From sequence record AP018399.1: 64,000 nt of DNA. One strand, 5' to 3'. The notes under the pieces were generated by a model that was not told the DNA's origin, did not search any database, and saw only the letters and a list, made by a program, of their open reading frames with translations. Positions 8,475 to 20,300 of the stretch are shown piece by piece. The position numbers and the translations under genes are program-made. Numbering within the stretch: the stretch's first letter is position 1; every line of letters begins with the position of its first letter.

Positions 8475-10318
8475 CCCCAGAAGAACAGAACCCGCTTTCG
8501 CGATTCCAATCCTACGACATTAAGCACGTAATCATCGGATTCCGATTCTCGGAAGACGCTTGTATGTTCGATATCAAGGGTGACGTGGGCGTAACGGGTA
8601 GCACTGTGACCGGACCAAACTGTAAGGGTCCGGGTATTGTGGTCATCAATGAACTTGAAGACCCCACTTTTGTAATGTACAGCGCAGAAACGGTCTGGGA
8701 TTATTTCTCGGCCGCTAGTGCTACAACCGGCTCTTATGTTGGATACATGAATATCCAAGACCGCGTTGGTATGCTATTTGCCCAGCGTCTACGAAAGTAT
8801 TGCGAACAGCTAGGTATGGCCCTCGGTCACATTACATTCGCATGGAAGACATTCTACATCGGTAACCTGCCAGACGGTTCCAAGGAAATTGTAACCGCCA
8901 ATCCGATGATTTTTCACATCACCGACTTCATGCAGTCACTTTCGGCTCTTGACGGTCGTACTTACATTATGACATTTGTGTCATCTTATAACACATTTGG
9001 TCAGCTTCCTCAGTTCTCCAAGATGTTCCAGACCACCTTGACCCACGCTGACGGTAACGCTCAGAAGGAAATTCCGGGTGCAAACTCGGCAGGAAGTGGA
9101 TTGGTCAGCCGCGAAGAGGAAGACCGAATCAAGGAAGCTGCCCGTAAGGCTCGTCAGGATAAGACAAAGCCGATGAAGAATCTACAGGATGTGTTCGACG
9201 CCTTGCAAACCGAAATGACGGAGCAGAGCTATCCACATAAGACTCAGATTCAGGAATGGCAGACGACAATCCGTGATGACTATACCAAGAAGCTGATTCC
9301 ACCGAAGCAGTATCTACCGGAACTTCCAATCAAGTATACCGTCAAGCTTGAAGACAAATTCACTTCGTATAAGATTGACAACCGTAACCTACCGTTTGAA
9401 CAGCCGGAACAAGACCAGCGTCTTGAAGGTATCCGTTCAATTCCGTTCCACGTTGGGACGGATATGCCAACGGCCATTGACACATTGATGCTCATGTCCA
9501 AGTCTGTTGGTAAGGATTACCAAGGGGCATCACCACAGGGCTATCGCTCAACTGTGACCGTGCTTCGTGGCTGTTCCGGGGCATACAATGTCCACACTAA
9601 CATCAATTCGTATAAGATTCCTATCAACCGCGTAGACGGTCCAGATACCGGACCCGGTGACGGTGTGATTGGTGGTCCACTTGAATATGTTTATCAGGAC
9701 TCGGAACACAAGGGTCGTGACATTATCTCCATCCTATACCGTTCAAACGTTACCCCACTCCAACGCAATCTTGAGGAAGCTACGGAAGGTGCTGACGATA
9801 TCGGTGTGGTCTACGGTAATCGTGAACCTATTTCCATTCAGCGTATGCCACAGGTCGGTGATGACTTCTTCACTTCGGGCTATGCTGGTAACCGTGGTGC
9901 GGTCGGTCTATTGGACATTAATGGCCTTGAGAGTGCGGATACCGCCTCGGTCATCAAGTCCAACCTAGTCCCGTCATTGGTGAAACAAACAACAAGCTAC
10001 AACATCAAAATCGTCGGTAATCCGTACATCATCAATGACCTGAACCGCAACCCTATGGACGTTCGTGAGGGTCTTGGTCAAAATGTAGGTAAGAAACCCC
10101 GCTGGACTTACATTCTATACGACAAGCCGGAATACATTCCAATGTATTTGAAGCTAACTGTGTACATGCGACCGGAAGGTATGCTCTCCGGTGAGACGGA
10201 CGTTGACCAAACGTACTTCTATTCCGGGTACCTACATATTACGAGAGTCACCACGTCCTACGTCATGAGTTCATTTACTCAAATGATTGAAGGTGTTCGT
10301 ACAGAAGATAGCATCTAA
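8471..10318 (+). CDS. Putative baseplate hub protein (gp27-like position)
   Basis: 615 aa between gp53-like and gp5-like genes; C-terminal IKIVGNP...YSG.L.ITRV..SY..SSFTQ.I hub-like pattern. Confidence 0.5.
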   Translation: MTPEEQNPLSRFQSYDIKHVIIGFRFSEDACMFDIKGDVGVTGSTVTGPNCKGPGIVVINELEDPTFVMYSAETVWDYFSAASATTGSYVGYMNIQDRVGMLFAQRLRKYCEQLGMALGHITFAWKTFYIGNLPDGSKEIVTANPMIFHITDFMQSLSALDGRTYIMTFVSSYNTFGQLPQFSKMFQTTLTHADGNAQKEIPGANSAGSGLVSREEEDRIKEAARKARQDKTKPMKNLQDVFDALQTEMTEQSYPHKTQIQEWQTTIRDDYTKKLIPPKQYLPELPIKYTVKLEDKFTSYKIDNRNLPFEQPEQDQRLEGIRSIPFHVGTDMPTAIDTLMLMSKSVGKDYQGASPQGYRSTVTVLRGCSGAYNVHTNINSYKIPINRVDGPDTGPGDGVIGGPLEYVYQDSEHKGRDIISILYRSNVTPLQRNLEEATEGADDIGVVYGNREPISIQRMPQVGDDFFTSGYAGNRGAVGLLDINGLESADTASVIKSNLVPSLVKQTTSYNIKIVGNPYIINDLNRNPMDVREGLGQNVGKKPRWTYILYDKPEYIPMYLKLTVYMRPEGMLSGETDVDQTYFYSGYLHITRVTTSYVMSSFTQMIEGVRTEDSI

Positions 10319-13098
10319 TGAGTAACATTAATCCAAACAAAATCGCAGAAAACTTTGCCAAGCAATACTCTACCGATGGTGAGGGTGATAACTACTCGCG
10401 TGCCCAATTCTCGGGCCTAACCCTTGGTGTTGTAGTCGATACTGACGACCCGCTACAGATGGGTCGCCTACGTATCTTCTGTCCATCCCTGAACGACAGT
10501 CCGAAGAAGCCACAACTTCTACCGTGGGCCACGTACATTACACCGTTTGGTGGCAGCATCAATAACAGTGAATTTTACCGTGGTACCGACGAAAACAATG
10601 CTACATCGAACGGCAGCTTGCACTATGGTTTCTGGGCCGTCCCAGAAATGGGCGCTCAGGTTCTAGTTGGCTGTGTTGACGGTGACCCGCGTCGCCGTTT
10701 CTGGATTGGCTGCGTTCCGGAGCATCAGCAGACCCACACGCTTCATAACGGTCGTTGGAAGTGGAAGGATGGTGTTGTCGATGGTCCGTTGACTGGCAAC
10801 GGAAATCCGATGCAGCCAGCACACGCTAATGCCACGAAGGCATTTGATGGCCGCAATGACTCTCCGGAATGGCGTTCACGTATTGCTGACTACCAGACTA
10901 CCGCTAACAGTGAGGACGTAGGTCAGCTTCCAAACAGCAAGATGACTGAATCGCTTGACCAGCAGAATTCCCAGATTCGCGCAAACGACCCGGATACTTG
11001 GGAACGTGCAACCCTAGGTTCGCATGGATACGATTGGTCGGGCTTTAAGAAGTTGGATTACAAGTCGTCTCGTGTGGTCGGTCTATCGACACCGGGTATG
11101 CACTCATTGGTGATGGACGACCGTCCATTCAATAGCCGTATCCGTTTGAAGACCACGGCAGGACACCAGATTCTTCTAGACGATACCAACGAACGCATCT
11201 ACATTTCCACTTACGATGGCGAGAACTGGATGGAGTTCGACCGCAACGGAAACATTGATATGTTCTCGTCTAATCGAATTTCGATTCATGCAGCCAAGGA
11301 CTTGAACTTCAACGCTGGACAGACCATCCGCTTCTTCGCAGGCGAAGGTATTCACGGTTACTGTGGTTCGGATATCGTGACTCAGGACGTTTTTGATTAC
11401 GAAAACCCGACAGGTATCCTACGTCAAGACCCACTGGAACAACCGCCGCAGGCCGGTGAAATCCGCTTCCACGCGACTGCTGACATGCATCTAAAGTCGG
11501 AACAGAACATCCGCACGCTATCGCTAGTCGATACGTTCATGGAAGCCAACGGCAACTTCTGGGGTAAGGTTGATAAATCGTACTACCTACAGGTAGCTAC
11601 GGATATCAACATCAGCACCGAAACCGGTGACTGGAACCTAACCACAGCCAACAACATCAATGAAACTACGAAGGGTCACGCCAAGCGTTTCAGCTATGGC
11701 AATACCTCCGTGGCAGCAAACGGTCGTGCCGAACTATTCAGCTTCGAAGGTACCGTGGATATCGGTGCCCAAGGTGGCTTGAACATGAAGTCCAGTAATG
11801 GTGACGTTATGTTCGAAGCACAGGGTAATGGTAGCGGTGCTGGTCGTGTCCAGATTCGTACTCCGGTATCTCAATTTGAAGTTGGTGACGATGGTATCGG
11901 TGCTATGACCGAGAAGTCGGTTCGTGTGAAGTCGCAGGAAAATCAGGAATTCGAAATCACTCCGACCGGTCCGAAGCTATCTTCGCCAGTGTCGATTGAA
12001 GGTATTCCAGATATCAGCGACGTTGCATGTGGCGCTCCTACCACACCGATTCCGTGGGACGGGTCACGTACCACGATTACACCAGATGAAGCCGCTCAAG
12101 TTTGCTACAACGCGGGCTTCCGTGGCAAAGACCTTGTTATCGCCGTGGCAACCTGTATGGGGGAATCATCACTACGCACTAGCGTCTTGAATCCGGCTGC
12201 ACCGCAGAACTCCAAGTGGGGTGAAGTTGTGGGACTATTCCAGATTCGTACCCTAAAGAATCCAGATGCATACACTGGCATTGACCGTCTACGTGATAAC
12301 CGTAACCGCCAGCTTGAAAACCCAAATACAAACGCTCAGGTCGGATACAAGATTTTCTCCGAAGCCTCGCCACCCGGTCAATGGACTGTTGGTAAGTGGG
12401 AATCCTTCGGTGGCGTACATGGTGGCGAATTGATTACCAAAAACCTAGCTGCGGCGTCGGCTGCGGTGAATCGCCTATGCGGTAACCCACTTCCAATGTC
12501 TCTGATGGCTTCACTGAATGAAGATTCATTCAGCCTTGGTTACGTAGTGGAAGATGAAGTGATTCCGGCTGAACCGATGATGCTAATGTCATCATTTGAT
12601 GATGAGCCAATGACACTACTACAGAGCTTCGGCCCGGTAGGCAACGCGGTAACTGCGGCTCAGGGTACTTTGATGCAGCTATCGAAGGTCAGCGGTGCCA
12701 AGCTACAGTCAATGGTTGACATTGAATTGAAGAGCCTAAGTGCGGGTCTACAGACCAAGTACACCGACCTAGTTGCTCAAGTCAATGCGAACATCCTGTC
12801 TAACGACTTGCTATCGTACTCAATGGGTACAATTCTACCTGTAATTCAGGCGGCTCTATCGGCTGTAGACGGTGGTATCGACATTGACATTCCGTTCTCA
12901 TTCGACATGGATGGACTATTGAACGTTCTGAACATGGCTGGTGTACCATTGGATTTCTTGGGTGCTGTCATGCCGCTACAGAACATCATCACTCAGATTA
13001 AGACTCTGGACGTTCCGGTCATCGAACTTCCACGATTCGACAACCTAGTTGACCGCATTTTCAGCAACAACTCAATTCCATTGAAGTTGGATATCTAA
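10318..13098 (+). CDS. gp5: Central tail spike (gp5/VgrG-like) with inserted lytic-transglycosylase-like domain
   Basis: OB-fold GVVVDTDDPLQMGRLRIFCP and VPEMGAQVLV; RIRLKTTAGHQILLDDTNERIYI; later IAVATCMGESS...GLFQIR SLT/lysozyme-like motif. Confidence 0.8.
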   Translation: MSNINPNKIAENFAKQYSTDGEGDNYSRAQFSGLTLGVVVDTDDPLQMGRLRIFCPSLNDSPKKPQLLPWATYITPFGGSINNSEFYRGTDENNATSNGSLHYGFWAVPEMGAQVLVGCVDGDPRRRFWIGCVPEHQQTHTLHNGRWKWKDGVVDGPLTGNGNPMQPAHANATKAFDGRNDSPEWRSRIADYQTTANSEDVGQLPNSKMTESLDQQNSQIRANDPDTWERATLGSHGYDWSGFKKLDYKSSRVVGLSTPGMHSLVMDDRPFNSRIRLKTTAGHQILLDDTNERIYISTYDGENWMEFDRNGNIDMFSSNRISIHAAKDLNFNAGQTIRFFAGEGIHGYCGSDIVTQDVFDYENPTGILRQDPLEQPPQAGEIRFHATADMHLKSEQNIRTLSLVDTFMEANGNFWGKVDKSYYLQVATDINISTETGDWNLTTANNINETTKGHAKRFSYGNTSVAANGRAELFSFEGTVDIGAQGGLNMKSSNGDVMFEAQGNGSGAGRVQIRTPVSQFEVGDDGIGAMTEKSVRVKSQENQEFEITPTGPKLSSPVSIEGIPDISDVACGAPTTPIPWDGSRTTITPDEAAQVCYNAGFRGKDLVIAVATCMGESSLRTSVLNPAAPQNSKWGEVVGLFQIRTLKNPDAYTGIDRLRDNRNRQLENPNTNAQVGYKIFSEASPPGQWTVGKWESFGGVHGGELITKNLAAASAAVNRLCGNPLPMSLMASLNEDSFSLGYVVEDEVIPAEPMMLMSSFDDEPMTLLQSFGPVGNAVTAAQGTLMQLSKVSGAKLQSMVDIELKSLSAGLQTKYTDLVAQVNANILSNDLLSYSMGTILPVIQAALSAVDGGIDIDIPFSFDMDGLLNVLNMAGVPLDFLGAVMPLQNIITQIKTLDVPVIELPRFDNLVDRIFSNNSIPLKLDI

Positions 13099-13112
13099 GG
13101 GAGACATGAGAA

Positions 13113-13952
13113 ATGGCTAATTGGGATTGGGCACTAAACACAATTTTCCCTGACCGTGGTGGTGAACGCGCTCGTATTACAAGCACGTTCGCCCAGCACT
13201 TGGCACGTAACCCGCCGTCAAAGGGTGGTGTGGACGTGTCGTACCCGTCAGCGGTTGCTCCACCAGTATTCACACCGATTGCCGGTAAAGTAATTTCGGC
13301 CGGTTCCGACAGTTGGAACACTGTCAACATTGTGGACAAGGACGGTAACAAGCACGGATTCTTGCATATGTCCCGCGTCACTGTCAGCGTCGGCATGGAA
13401 ATCAAGGCCGGTACGCAGATTGGTAACGAAGGTGGTATGGGACCGGTTGAAAAAGGTCGCCGCAAATCGAACACCGCGTATACGGCTCACTTGCATTACC
13501 AGATTACGGACAACGCAACTGGTAAGCGTGTGGACCCTGTTGCATGGTGGAACGGTAATCGTGACCCCGGCGAAATCGACCCTAATGCGGATTCAAGTGA
13601 AGTAGCACTGGACGAAAACGGCCAGCCTACCGACCCATCTACGCTACCGGATACATCGTCTCCACCGCCGCCACCAGTCGGTAGTGTTGAGGAATACAAG
13701 CCGAAACAGGCCGCTCCTAGCCAAGTCTCACAGACTTCACTAGCCGTGTGGACAAATCGTATGCCAATGCATGAGCCGTGGCCGCGTGTATTGTTGGTTG
13801 ACTCTACAACAAACAAGCCGACAGATAGTTACCAATTCAATGTGAACCATCTTCCACAGATTGCCGACCTCGGAACTGAGAAAACTTCGGGTCAGATTGG
13901 CCGTCTTGAGGGTGATGAAATCACCGAACGTAACCCATTTTGGCGTAGGTAA
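13113..13952 (+). CDS. M23-family peptidase, virion associated
   Basis: FLHMSRVTVSVG.EIKAGTQIG..G..G, HLHYQI, VDPVAW; within the baseplate operon. Confidence 0.8.
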   Translation: MANWDWALNTIFPDRGGERARITSTFAQHLARNPPSKGGVDVSYPSAVAPPVFTPIAGKVISAGSDSWNTVNIVDKDGNKHGFLHMSRVTVSVGMEIKAGTQIGNEGGMGPVEKGRRKSNTAYTAHLHYQITDNATGKRVDPVAWWNGNRDPGEIDPNADSSEVALDENGQPTDPSTLPDTSSPPPPPVGSVEEYKPKQAAPSQVSQTSLAVWTNRMPMHEPWPRVLLVDSTTNKPTDSYQFNVNHLPQIADLGTEKTSGQIGRLEGDEITERNPFWRR

Positions 13953-13970
13953 CGGGGCTAAATACATTAC

Positions 13971-14348
13971 ATGGCTAATGAGAATCTTTATCGCGGTCTT
14001 TCATTCCGTAACTTTTCCAAGAACAAAAGCATCAAGCTTTATGATGTGGAATTGATTAAGAAAGACCTTTTGAATCACATCTTCACCCGTCGCGGTGAAC
14101 GTGTGAAGATGTTCACATACGGTACTCGCATCCCCGACTTGGTTTTCGAACAGTTGGATGACATTGCATTGACTGTTGTAACCGAAGACCTCAACGCCGT
14201 CGTGGCCTCAGAACCGCGTGTCAGCCTAGTTGACCTACGAATCGTTCCACTATATGACCGTAACGTAATCATCGCAAGCCTTGTCCTGTACTACGTGGAA
14301 CTGGATTTCACTGACCAGTTTGACGTTAGCATCCAGTTTGAATCGTAA
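13971..14348 (+). CDS. gp25: Baseplate wedge subunit gp25
   Basis: IKKDLLNHIFTRRGERV....YGTRIPDLVFE...EPRV. Confidence 0.9.
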   Translation: MANENLYRGLSFRNFSKNKSIKLYDVELIKKDLLNHIFTRRGERVKMFTYGTRIPDLVFEQLDDIALTVVTEDLNAVVASEPRVSLVDLRIVPLYDRNVIIASLVLYYVELDFTDQFDVSIQFES

Positions 14349-14388
14349 TACAGCATAAAATAAATACTCGGAATCGGAATTTTAATTA

Positions 14389-17304
14389 ATGAGACAGGTT
14401 AGCAAGGCAGAAAATTGGGAACGCGCTTATGAAGCCTTCCAGCAAATCAACTTCTCGGCGTGGGATTTCAACACCGTCAAGGAGTCTTTGCTTGACTACC
14501 TAAAGCTGTACTACCCAGAAGACTTCAACGACTTCACCGAAAACAGCGACATGATTGCTGTTTTGGAACTGTTCGCCTACATTGCGGAACAGTTTGCGTA
14601 TCGTTATGACCTTAACGCCCACGAGAATTTCATTTCGACTGCCGAGCGTAAGGAATCCGTTCTTCGTCTAGCGAAGCTACTGTCTTATAACGCTTCCCGT
14701 AATATCCCGGCTCGTGGTCTGGTCAAGGTTACCAGCATCATCACGACCGAACGTGTGTTCGACTCAAAGGGCAACGACCTATCGAACAAGACGATTTACT
14801 GGAACGACCCGAACAACCCAAACTGGAAGGAACAATTCACTCTAGTTATCAACCGCGTTCTTGAACAGGAATTTGGTTCGGTACTACCGTCCGACCGTGT
14901 ACAGGTCAACGACGTTCTATTTGAATTGTATCCGCTAAAGAACGACCCTCTTCTTCCGACCCTAACCATCCCGTTCAACGTCACAGTGTCCGGCAACAAC
15001 TATCCGATGGAAGTTGTGACCTCACGCCTAAACGAATACGGTCCGTATGAAAAGCGTCCGGAGAAGGACCAGCGCCTAAACTTCCTATACCTATCGGATG
15101 GTCTTGGCGACGCCTCTGAAAACACCGGCTTCTTCTACCTTGTCAAGCAGGGTACGCTAGGCCGTCAAGAAATGGTGTTCGATGGTGTAACCCCGAACCA
15201 GACCTATGACGTAACCGTAGTTGACTGTAATGAAACCGACGTTTGGCTGAACAACATCGACCCGGATACCGGCTTGATTATCGTCGGTGACGACGTGACC
15301 GCTGATACTCGCCTAGGTGAGTGGGAGCGTGTGGACATTGCGAACTCGCAGAACGTCATCTTCAACACCAATCCGCAGCGTAACAAGTACGAAGTCGAAA
15401 CTATCGCTCAGGGTGACCGTGAGGATATGTTCCGTCTCATCTTCGGTGACGGTAAGTTTGCGAACATCCCGTCAGGTACCTTCGAAGTTTGGTACCGTGT
15501 TTCGGCCAACGAAGACCTAGTAATCCCAACCTCGGCCATCCAGAATGTGGGTACCACGTTCACCTACCGTGATGCTGATGGTAAGGAACAGACGTTCTCA
15601 TCAAACTTCTCGCTGACAAATCCAATTCAGAATGCGGCTCCTTCGGAAACGATTGACCACATTCGCCGCATCGCTCCTGCCGTGTACTACACTCAGGACC
15701 GTATGGTCAACGGCCGTGACTACAATGAATTCCCGCTACAGGACAACACCATCCTCAAGCTACGTGCCATCAACCGCACGTTCGCTGGTGATTCAAAGTA
15801 TATCTATTGGCATGACCCGTCAGAATACTACGAGAATGTCAAGATTTTCGGTAACGACCTTGTAATCTATTACAAGAATTACGAAGACCAGACAACCATC
15901 CCTTCATCGGTTCTACCACCGGATGACGGCGGTGCCAACATCGCCCTAATCAATGCCCTAGTTTTGAACTGGATTCAGCCGGTCCTACAGTCCGAAGCGT
16001 ACTTCTTGAAGTGCGTCATCGGTGGTATGCCACCGACCGATATCCGTACCGAATTCACGGCTGCGGAACTTGTGAACATCGAAGCTGGTCTATTGACCAT
16101 CATCAACAACGTTCCGGGTTCGCTATACTTCTCGTACAGCATTCAGGACAACCTATGGACTGTGACCAATACTCCACCGGTCAACGGTTATTGGTTCTTC
16201 ATTCAGTCGAATACTGACGGTAGCTTCCTACGTTCATTCAACGCCATCAAGATGGTTGTTCATAGCTCAGACACCAAGTTCTGGGTGACCAATGATAACC
16301 AGAAGGTGACGACCTATGACACTTTCGCCAATCGTTACGACACTATCACCCTGCTACGTGCTAACGTCGGTACGACGGGTTGCTCACTAGGCCGTAACTA
16401 TGACTTCCGCGTTCTACGTCAGGATATCATCACCAACGGTACTGAGATTGGTACTGAAAGTATTCATGACCTAGTTGTCCTACCGAATGACGATAACAAT
16501 GACGGTATTCCGGACGACGTGGCCCTAAGCTACCTAATCGACCCTGCAAATCCTACTTACGTTTACTTCACTCGTGCCAGCACAAGTGATGAGTGGGTCT
16601 ATGTGCCGTGGTCGGAAGACGCTGTAGCTTCGTGGACAGCGGACCAAGCCGCTGGCCTAGGTCTATGGAAGCGTGAATGGGGTGTGGAAGGTTTGAACTT
16701 CCTATGGATGCACCGTACCCCACGTTACCACCTAATTGACCCAGCCGCTTCAAACATCATTGACTGGTTCATCATCAGCCGTTCGTACTATTTCAGCACC
16801 CGTTTGTGGCTAGCCGGTCAGCTTGACACCAAGCCGACACCGCCTACTCCATTCCAGTTGAAGTCAGACTACAACCAGTTGCTAGACAGTAAGATGATTT
16901 CGGATACGGTTATCCTACATCCGGGTCGCTTCAAGTTCATCATTGGTAACAAGGCTGACGCTGAACTACAGGCTACCATCAAGGTAATCCGTTCGCCGAA
17001 CAAGGTTCTTACCAACAACCAGATTAAGACTGTGATTGTTGACGCAATCAACGTCTTCTTCGACATTGAAAAGTGGGAATTCGGTGAGACGTTCTACTTC
17101 TCAGAGCTTGCAGCCTACATCCACACCCGCCTACCGGTCGATATCGACTCAATCGTTATCGTTCCGAAATACGTGTCTCAGGTGTACGGTGACCTACAGC
17201 AGATTTTCGCTAAGGAAGACGAAATCATCCAGCCAAGTATCTCGGTTGATGATATCGAAATCATCGAATCTTTGAACCCGCGCAACCTAAAACAAACGCT
17301 CTAA
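14389..17304 (+). CDS. gp6: Baseplate wedge subunit gp6-like
   Basis: DFNTVKESLLDYLK.YYPEDFNDF.E.S, TAERKESVLRLAKLLSY, FGDG.F..IP, ETIDHIRR.AP.VYYTQDRMVN..DY. Confidence 0.85.
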   Translation: MRQVSKAENWERAYEAFQQINFSAWDFNTVKESLLDYLKLYYPEDFNDFTENSDMIAVLELFAYIAEQFAYRYDLNAHENFISTAERKESVLRLAKLLSYNASRNIPARGLVKVTSIITTERVFDSKGNDLSNKTIYWNDPNNPNWKEQFTLVINRVLEQEFGSVLPSDRVQVNDVLFELYPLKNDPLLPTLTIPFNVTVSGNNYPMEVVTSRLNEYGPYEKRPEKDQRLNFLYLSDGLGDASENTGFFYLVKQGTLGRQEMVFDGVTPNQTYDVTVVDCNETDVWLNNIDPDTGLIIVGDDVTADTRLGEWERVDIANSQNVIFNTNPQRNKYEVETIAQGDREDMFRLIFGDGKFANIPSGTFEVWYRVSANEDLVIPTSAIQNVGTTFTYRDADGKEQTFSSNFSLTNPIQNAAPSETIDHIRRIAPAVYYTQDRMVNGRDYNEFPLQDNTILKLRAINRTFAGDSKYIYWHDPSEYYENVKIFGNDLVIYYKNYEDQTTIPSSVLPPDDGGANIALINALVLNWIQPVLQSEAYFLKCVIGGMPPTDIRTEFTAAELVNIEAGLLTIINNVPGSLYFSYSIQDNLWTVTNTPPVNGYWFFIQSNTDGSFLRSFNAIKMVVHSSDTKFWVTNDNQKVTTYDTFANRYDTITLLRANVGTTGCSLGRNYDFRVLRQDIITNGTEIGTESIHDLVVLPNDDNNDGIPDDVALSYLIDPANPTYVYFTRASTSDEWVYVPWSEDAVASWTADQAAGLGLWKREWGVEGLNFLWMHRTPRYHLIDPAASNIIDWFIISRSYYFSTRLWLAGQLDTKPTPPTPFQLKSDYNQLLDSKMISDTVILHPGRFKFIIGNKADAELQATIKVIRSPNKVLTNNQIKTVIVDAINVFFDIEKWEFGETFYFSELAAYIHTRLPVDIDSIVIVPKYVSQVYGDLQQIFAKEDEIIQPSISVDDIEIIESLNPRNLKQTL

Positions 17305-17369
17305 GCGGTCAAAAAAGGGCAAAATCACAACCACTAAATAGTTCTATAACATTTTAGGACTGACCAATC

Positions 17370-20300
17370 GTGGCCGATAATAATTCAGATTATAAGAAGA
17401 CAAACTTTAATCTAAACGACTTCCTTCCGGAAACCAATAAGGGTGAATTTCTAGATTCTCTAAACAAGAATCTGTTCAACCGTTATCTAACGAAGGATGA
17501 ATTCGACCACATTGTTGGCATCATCGGTGACGCTGACCCGAACGACAAGGTAACCAAGCCTATCAAGGAACGCACCGCGTTCCGTCAGGATAACCAGCTA
17601 CAGCCGGTTGTAACTGAAAAGATTGGTTCAGTGAACCACTTCATGGGCTTTGAAGACTTCATGACCCGCATCGGTCGTACCGGTGTGGACACTGAGAAGT
17701 TTGACCAGTGGGGCAACGCCCTACAGTTCAATTGGGTTCCACCGATTGACCTAGACAAGATTGTCAACTACCGCGATTATTACTGGAACAGCACCGCTAA
17801 CCCGGACCATGCTATTCCGCAGTACATCGTCATCAAGAGTCAGAAGAATTGGACCGCAGCCCGCTACGTGCAGGCTCTTAAGACCATCGTGGATATCACT
17901 GGCGTCGTGCCAGTTGAGAGCTTCGACATTCCAACACAGAAGCTAATGCTTCCGGGTAACGTGGCTTCCAGCTACGTTGCAGGTAACCACCTTGTTCTAT
18001 CACAGGCGGACGGTTCACTACAGCTAGTGACCATTGCCTCGGCTACCTATAATTTCGCTTCCACCAAGACTGAAATCGCAACCGTTGAAAGCTTCACGCT
18101 ATCGTCGGCTGCGAACCTGTCGGTGTACATCAGCCCGGTTGAACTACCGGTCGTGTCCATCAGCGGCGAAAACCTAACTCTAAACGGCAACTTCACGAAC
18201 CTCCTAATCGAAGGTTACGTGGTTGGTGTGAATACAAACCCAGCCCGTCTATACACTGTCAAGACAAGCACATTCGACACTGTTACCAACGTGACGACTG
18301 TGACCCTAGACGGCCTAACTGTGGTCGGTTTCAATACGCTGTCGCTATACCCGGCCCTAGCCTTGATTCAGGCAGAAGCCGAGTTCACGGCCGACAACGA
18401 TACGTCGTACCCGACTGGTGGTTGGGACAACAACAATATCGGTAAGATTTTCTGGTACCGTAATACAGAAATTCTAAATGGTACTCAAGGTTCAACGTCA
18501 CTAGGTTCAAACATCCTACAGGACTTGACCAAGAACTACCTTGTGTTCGGAATCCAGAACACCGACGAACTACAAATCAATGTGGGTAACAAGAATGCTG
18601 GTAAGTACACCATCAACTCTGTAACCCCGACAACTATCCAGACGAACTCTGGACAGTTCTTCTCGGCTAGCACAATTTCGTACCGTGTAATCCGTCCTTT
18701 CAGCTTCGAATCCATCAGCGATTCGACACCACCGCTGTCACCTTCGTTGAACCAGATGTGGTACAACACTGCAACAGATACATTGTCGCAGTGGAATGGT
18801 TCCACATGGAACCTCGTTTATATCGGTATCTCAAATCTAGCTAAGCTAGTAAACGACCGTATCGTTACCAACTTCTCAAACGAGAATGACTGGTCGGACG
18901 ACAACGAGTGGGTCCACACTTCGCAGATTACGGAATTCACGGGCATGATTCGTGCCCAGATGCCAATCATCGAATACTTCCCATACTTGGATATGTCAGA
19001 GACTTCATACTCTGAAAAGGTATGGCGTTACCGTAAGGACGACGCTCTATCCTATGTGGATTCGGCAGTCGGTCCGAAGATGATTGAATTGATGAACTTC
19101 ACCTACTCTGGTTCTGAGTTCACATTCCCAGACGTTAACACAATGCAGTTCGACCAGAAGTTCGGTAACTTCGTGGGCGAATTGGAAGTGGGTGACGAAG
19201 TGGTGCTATCCGGATTCACTCAGAACGATGGTATCTACACCATCGCTACAAAGGAATACTACCAACCGGGACCGGGACAGCGTTACGTTTCACGTATCAC
19301 CTTCACAACGCCAATCATTTCAACAACCGACCTACCAATGGGTGCGAACTTCGGTCCGTACCTAACGTCGAATGGTGACCTATTCGCTGGCCTAGACGCC
19401 AAGCAGTGGGAATTCGGTGGTGTACAGGATATCCGTGCTTCATCGCTAGCCCCAACCAAGAACCCGATGTTGGACGTGAACGTCGCAACCGGTACTTCAA
19501 ACGGCTTCGAATGGATTCTAGGTTTGAACTCTCAGACGTATTCGTCTCAGGGTAACATCGTTGTGGAACCAACATTCTTCTTCGATACCAGCCTACACGA
19601 CCTAGTTCTATACGACGACTATCAGGAAGGTGATATCCGCGTTTACATCAACGGTAAGCGTGTATACGGTGCGTTCGAAGACTTGGCTTCATGGGTTGAC
19701 CCTGACTACGTGGGTGGTATCAAGTTCATCAACGGCTATACCGTCTACGCTTCGGATATCGTCCGAATCGAACTAGGTGAATATGCCATTGAAGATATCG
19801 GCCTACGTGCCATCTTGGTTAACACTCCAATCGGCAACGAGCTATACAACCTAACCAATGTTCGTAAGATTGAACAGCGTAAGAGCGAAAGCAACCAATA
19901 CCCGTACTTCGCCCTGCGCGATATCTACGGCGAACGCTTGAACCTAGCAACTTCAATTTTCAAGTACGCTGAATCAGAAAGCTCAGCCATCAATGCCAAC
20001 GTGTTGAAGCGTATCGTTACCAACGGTGACGGTACCGACTACACATTCGTGCAGGAACTAAAAGACCCAGCCACCGGCCGTCTATACTGCTACTACGACT
20101 ATCAGGAAGTTGGTGACGAGCTACAGACCATTTGGAAGCACGGTACCTATTCCGAGCAGTACGTCCCTACCAAGGTTGACGGTGCTTGGGAAATGCCGAA
20201 TCAGTGGTACTACAACATCAGCCACGACAACTACACCGAAGTGAAGTTGACGGAAATCTTCCGTCACTTCAAGTCGATTATCGACCTACAGGAACAGCCG

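Noticed and set aside
7321-17304. Bacterial T6SS or extracellular contractile injection system
   Set aside because: Co-located phage polymerase, RNase H, RuvC, head completion gene and late promoters indicate a phage genome
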